Positions 61,736 to 63,696 of a stretch of 63,696 bases of DNA are shown here, in pieces. A program made the position numbers and the translations under genes. Source of the stretch: Craspedostauros australis. Lineage: Eukaryota. Positions within the stretch are counted from its first letter, which is position 1. Each line of letters opens with the position of its first letter. Location of the stretch: positions 1 through 63,696 of the forward strand of contig JALAGF010002670.1 of NCBI GenBank assembly GCA_030167865.1, in the 5' to 3' direction. The notes under the pieces are model-generated. The model saw only the letters and a program-made list of their open reading frames with translations, was not told the DNA's origin and did no database searches.

Positions 61736-63696
61736 AAGATCGTGAGACATCACACGCACGCGTACGATCGTATAGAGGCGCAGACGTGCCAACGCATTTT
61801 TTGCGTGGATGGATCCAGATGGTCTGGAGGTCACTTCGAATGTGACGCCGGAAGTGCATGTACGTACGAGTATGGTGTTATACCAAACCAGTACTTTTCA
61901 CACACCCAGAACACATACACATACATACATACGAACGAGTGCCTCGCGAGCAGATACTCGTACCAACTGAAGACACGGTTGGGGTTTGAGTGAGCACGTC
62001 CAAGTTGCAGGCATCACCTGCGCATGTGCATGTGCCGACATCACCCCAACGACTCTATGTTCCCCGTAAGATCCTGTGCACAAGGTATTGCAAAGCAATA
62101 CCATACTCTCAATAATACATTGCATTTTTACAATACAATACAATAACCTCACAACCATTCCAGGATAGTAATGTATACGAGTATGAGTAGTAAACCTGGA
62201 AACAGAGTGCAATGCTTGCTTCTTCCCATCTCCCATGCAACACTCGACGACGGGCGCGAGATGGAGATGGCGGATTTGTGCGTTTGTCTCTTGTTGTCGT
62301 TGTCGAGGAAGGCAACGGAAACCGAGAATGCTTGGCAACAGGATGGACGCCAGTGCACACAGTGCTCCAAAAGGATTCGAGCAGGCGATTTGCTCCACCA
62401 AGTTGCATCTCGAGTACCGTGCGAGATCCGTTGACCACGATACCGATGGAGGCCGCGATGGACTCAGATCTCCCACCATCGCCAATTCCTCTGTCCGGCC
62501 TTGTTTTCTGTGTACTACTGTACGGAGGATACTGTACTCCACGAGCTAGAGAGAGTACCAACACCCACTACAGAGAAACGCTTCGCTGACGCCGATGACG
62601 GGATACCGCTTCCAAGGACAACACTTGCGATCGAATCCAATCGACTGCAGTTTCTCAACAGACTTCGAACATGGTGTGTGCTGTGCTTTTGCGAAAAACA
62701 CGTGTCATGCTCTTCAGTGGAGTATTCCTGTTCCGGTTCACGATGCCTCGCTCGAGTGGAGTGCAAGAGGCAGTTTGGTACGAGCGGCCGTGGAGGAGGG
62801 CACTCTGCTCCACACTCTTGTGTGCACAAGAGAAGAGATCCCTTCCCAATGTCTCTCCTTCCACGTCGAGTTGTCGAAGTGGGTGCAAACGATCATTATA
62901 CAATATTCTATAATAGCACCAGACACACGCGCTCGTGCGTCTCCCCACCCAAACACGAACCGAACGCCGCAAATAGGAATTGAGCTTGGTGATTGTTGGA
63001 TTCATGATCAGGAACATCAACCTTGGTTTCTGGCAGCAGTTGATTGAGGCATGCGGAGAAGTGGAGAGCCGGTGTGTAGCAGAGATTATGGAAGGGATGC
63101 GTCATCTGCCTGGTTGCGTCCTCATGGTTCGTCCGCCTGCGTGTGTCTATGCCAATGGGAGGAGCGACAGAGACTGCGGAGGGAAACAAGGAGCGAAGCA
63201 ACGAAACGGCCGTTCCTGATGTCTGGTCGACTGGTGGCGGTCGCCTCCTGGTCGCCATGGTCCCGCGCGTTCGTTCGCCTGCTCCCTGGTGACACGCTTT
63301 CGGTTCTTTCGCGCGCAAGGACCGATGTCACCAGCACCTTGTTTCAGCTTGTGCTCGCGCAGGAACGTTGCGTTCCTCACCATAGTCGTATGTGGTCGCG
63401 TTCCCTGTTGCACAAACGAGAACTTTTCTGCGAAGGGACACGCGCCATCCCTTCGTCTTCTTCTTCTTCTGACGATCGTGCGACAAAAAGTCCGGCGTCA
63501 AACTGCTCCGCCATTAGAGGCCTATCGCATTTCACATTCACACCCCTGTGCTCATGTCACATGTGGCACTCACGTTCGGATTTCACATTGGTACTCGTGA
63601 CTAGTTCGTGATCTACTCAGAAAGACGACCAACATGACTGAATCGGCTTCTCTTCTGTAGAATAGAGCTCTAGTTTAGACTGCTCTGATATGAATG

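Overview
Eukaryotic nuclear DNA, almost certainly from a diatom. Evidence: GT-AG spliceosomal introns of about 175-520 nt, ASAFAP-type bipartite plastid presequences (FNR 'ANA-FAP', GluRS 'TSA-F', P4H 'ATA-F') and frustulin-type acidic cysteine-rich (ACR) repeats. About 20 protein genes can be modelled: DinF-like MATE, LYR protein, mitochondrial phosphate carrier, two RanBP2/NZF-finger tail-anchored proteins, a Ser-rich hypothetical, cytochrome c heme lyase, EamA transporter, secreted Kelch protein, BBOX/TauD dioxygenase, phytochelatin synthase-like protein, prolyl-4-hydroxylase-like oxygenase, DNAJC11, organellar GluRS with a C-terminal EMAP-II/tRNA-binding domain, FNR, a DUF1769 protein and an SGNH-like membrane protein. 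The standout is a co-oriented cluster of three paralogues (18.5-34.7 kb). Each fuses 3, 4 or 7 frustulin ACR repeats with Pro/Thr linkers to a bacterial-type PhoX/DUF839 domain, and all three share one phase-1 intron in the NCGGGRTPW motif. This suggests a cell-wall-displayed alkaline-phosphatase system. No rRNA, tRNA, CRISPR array or recognisable intact transposon was seen. All family calls are motif recognition by eye, with no database search.
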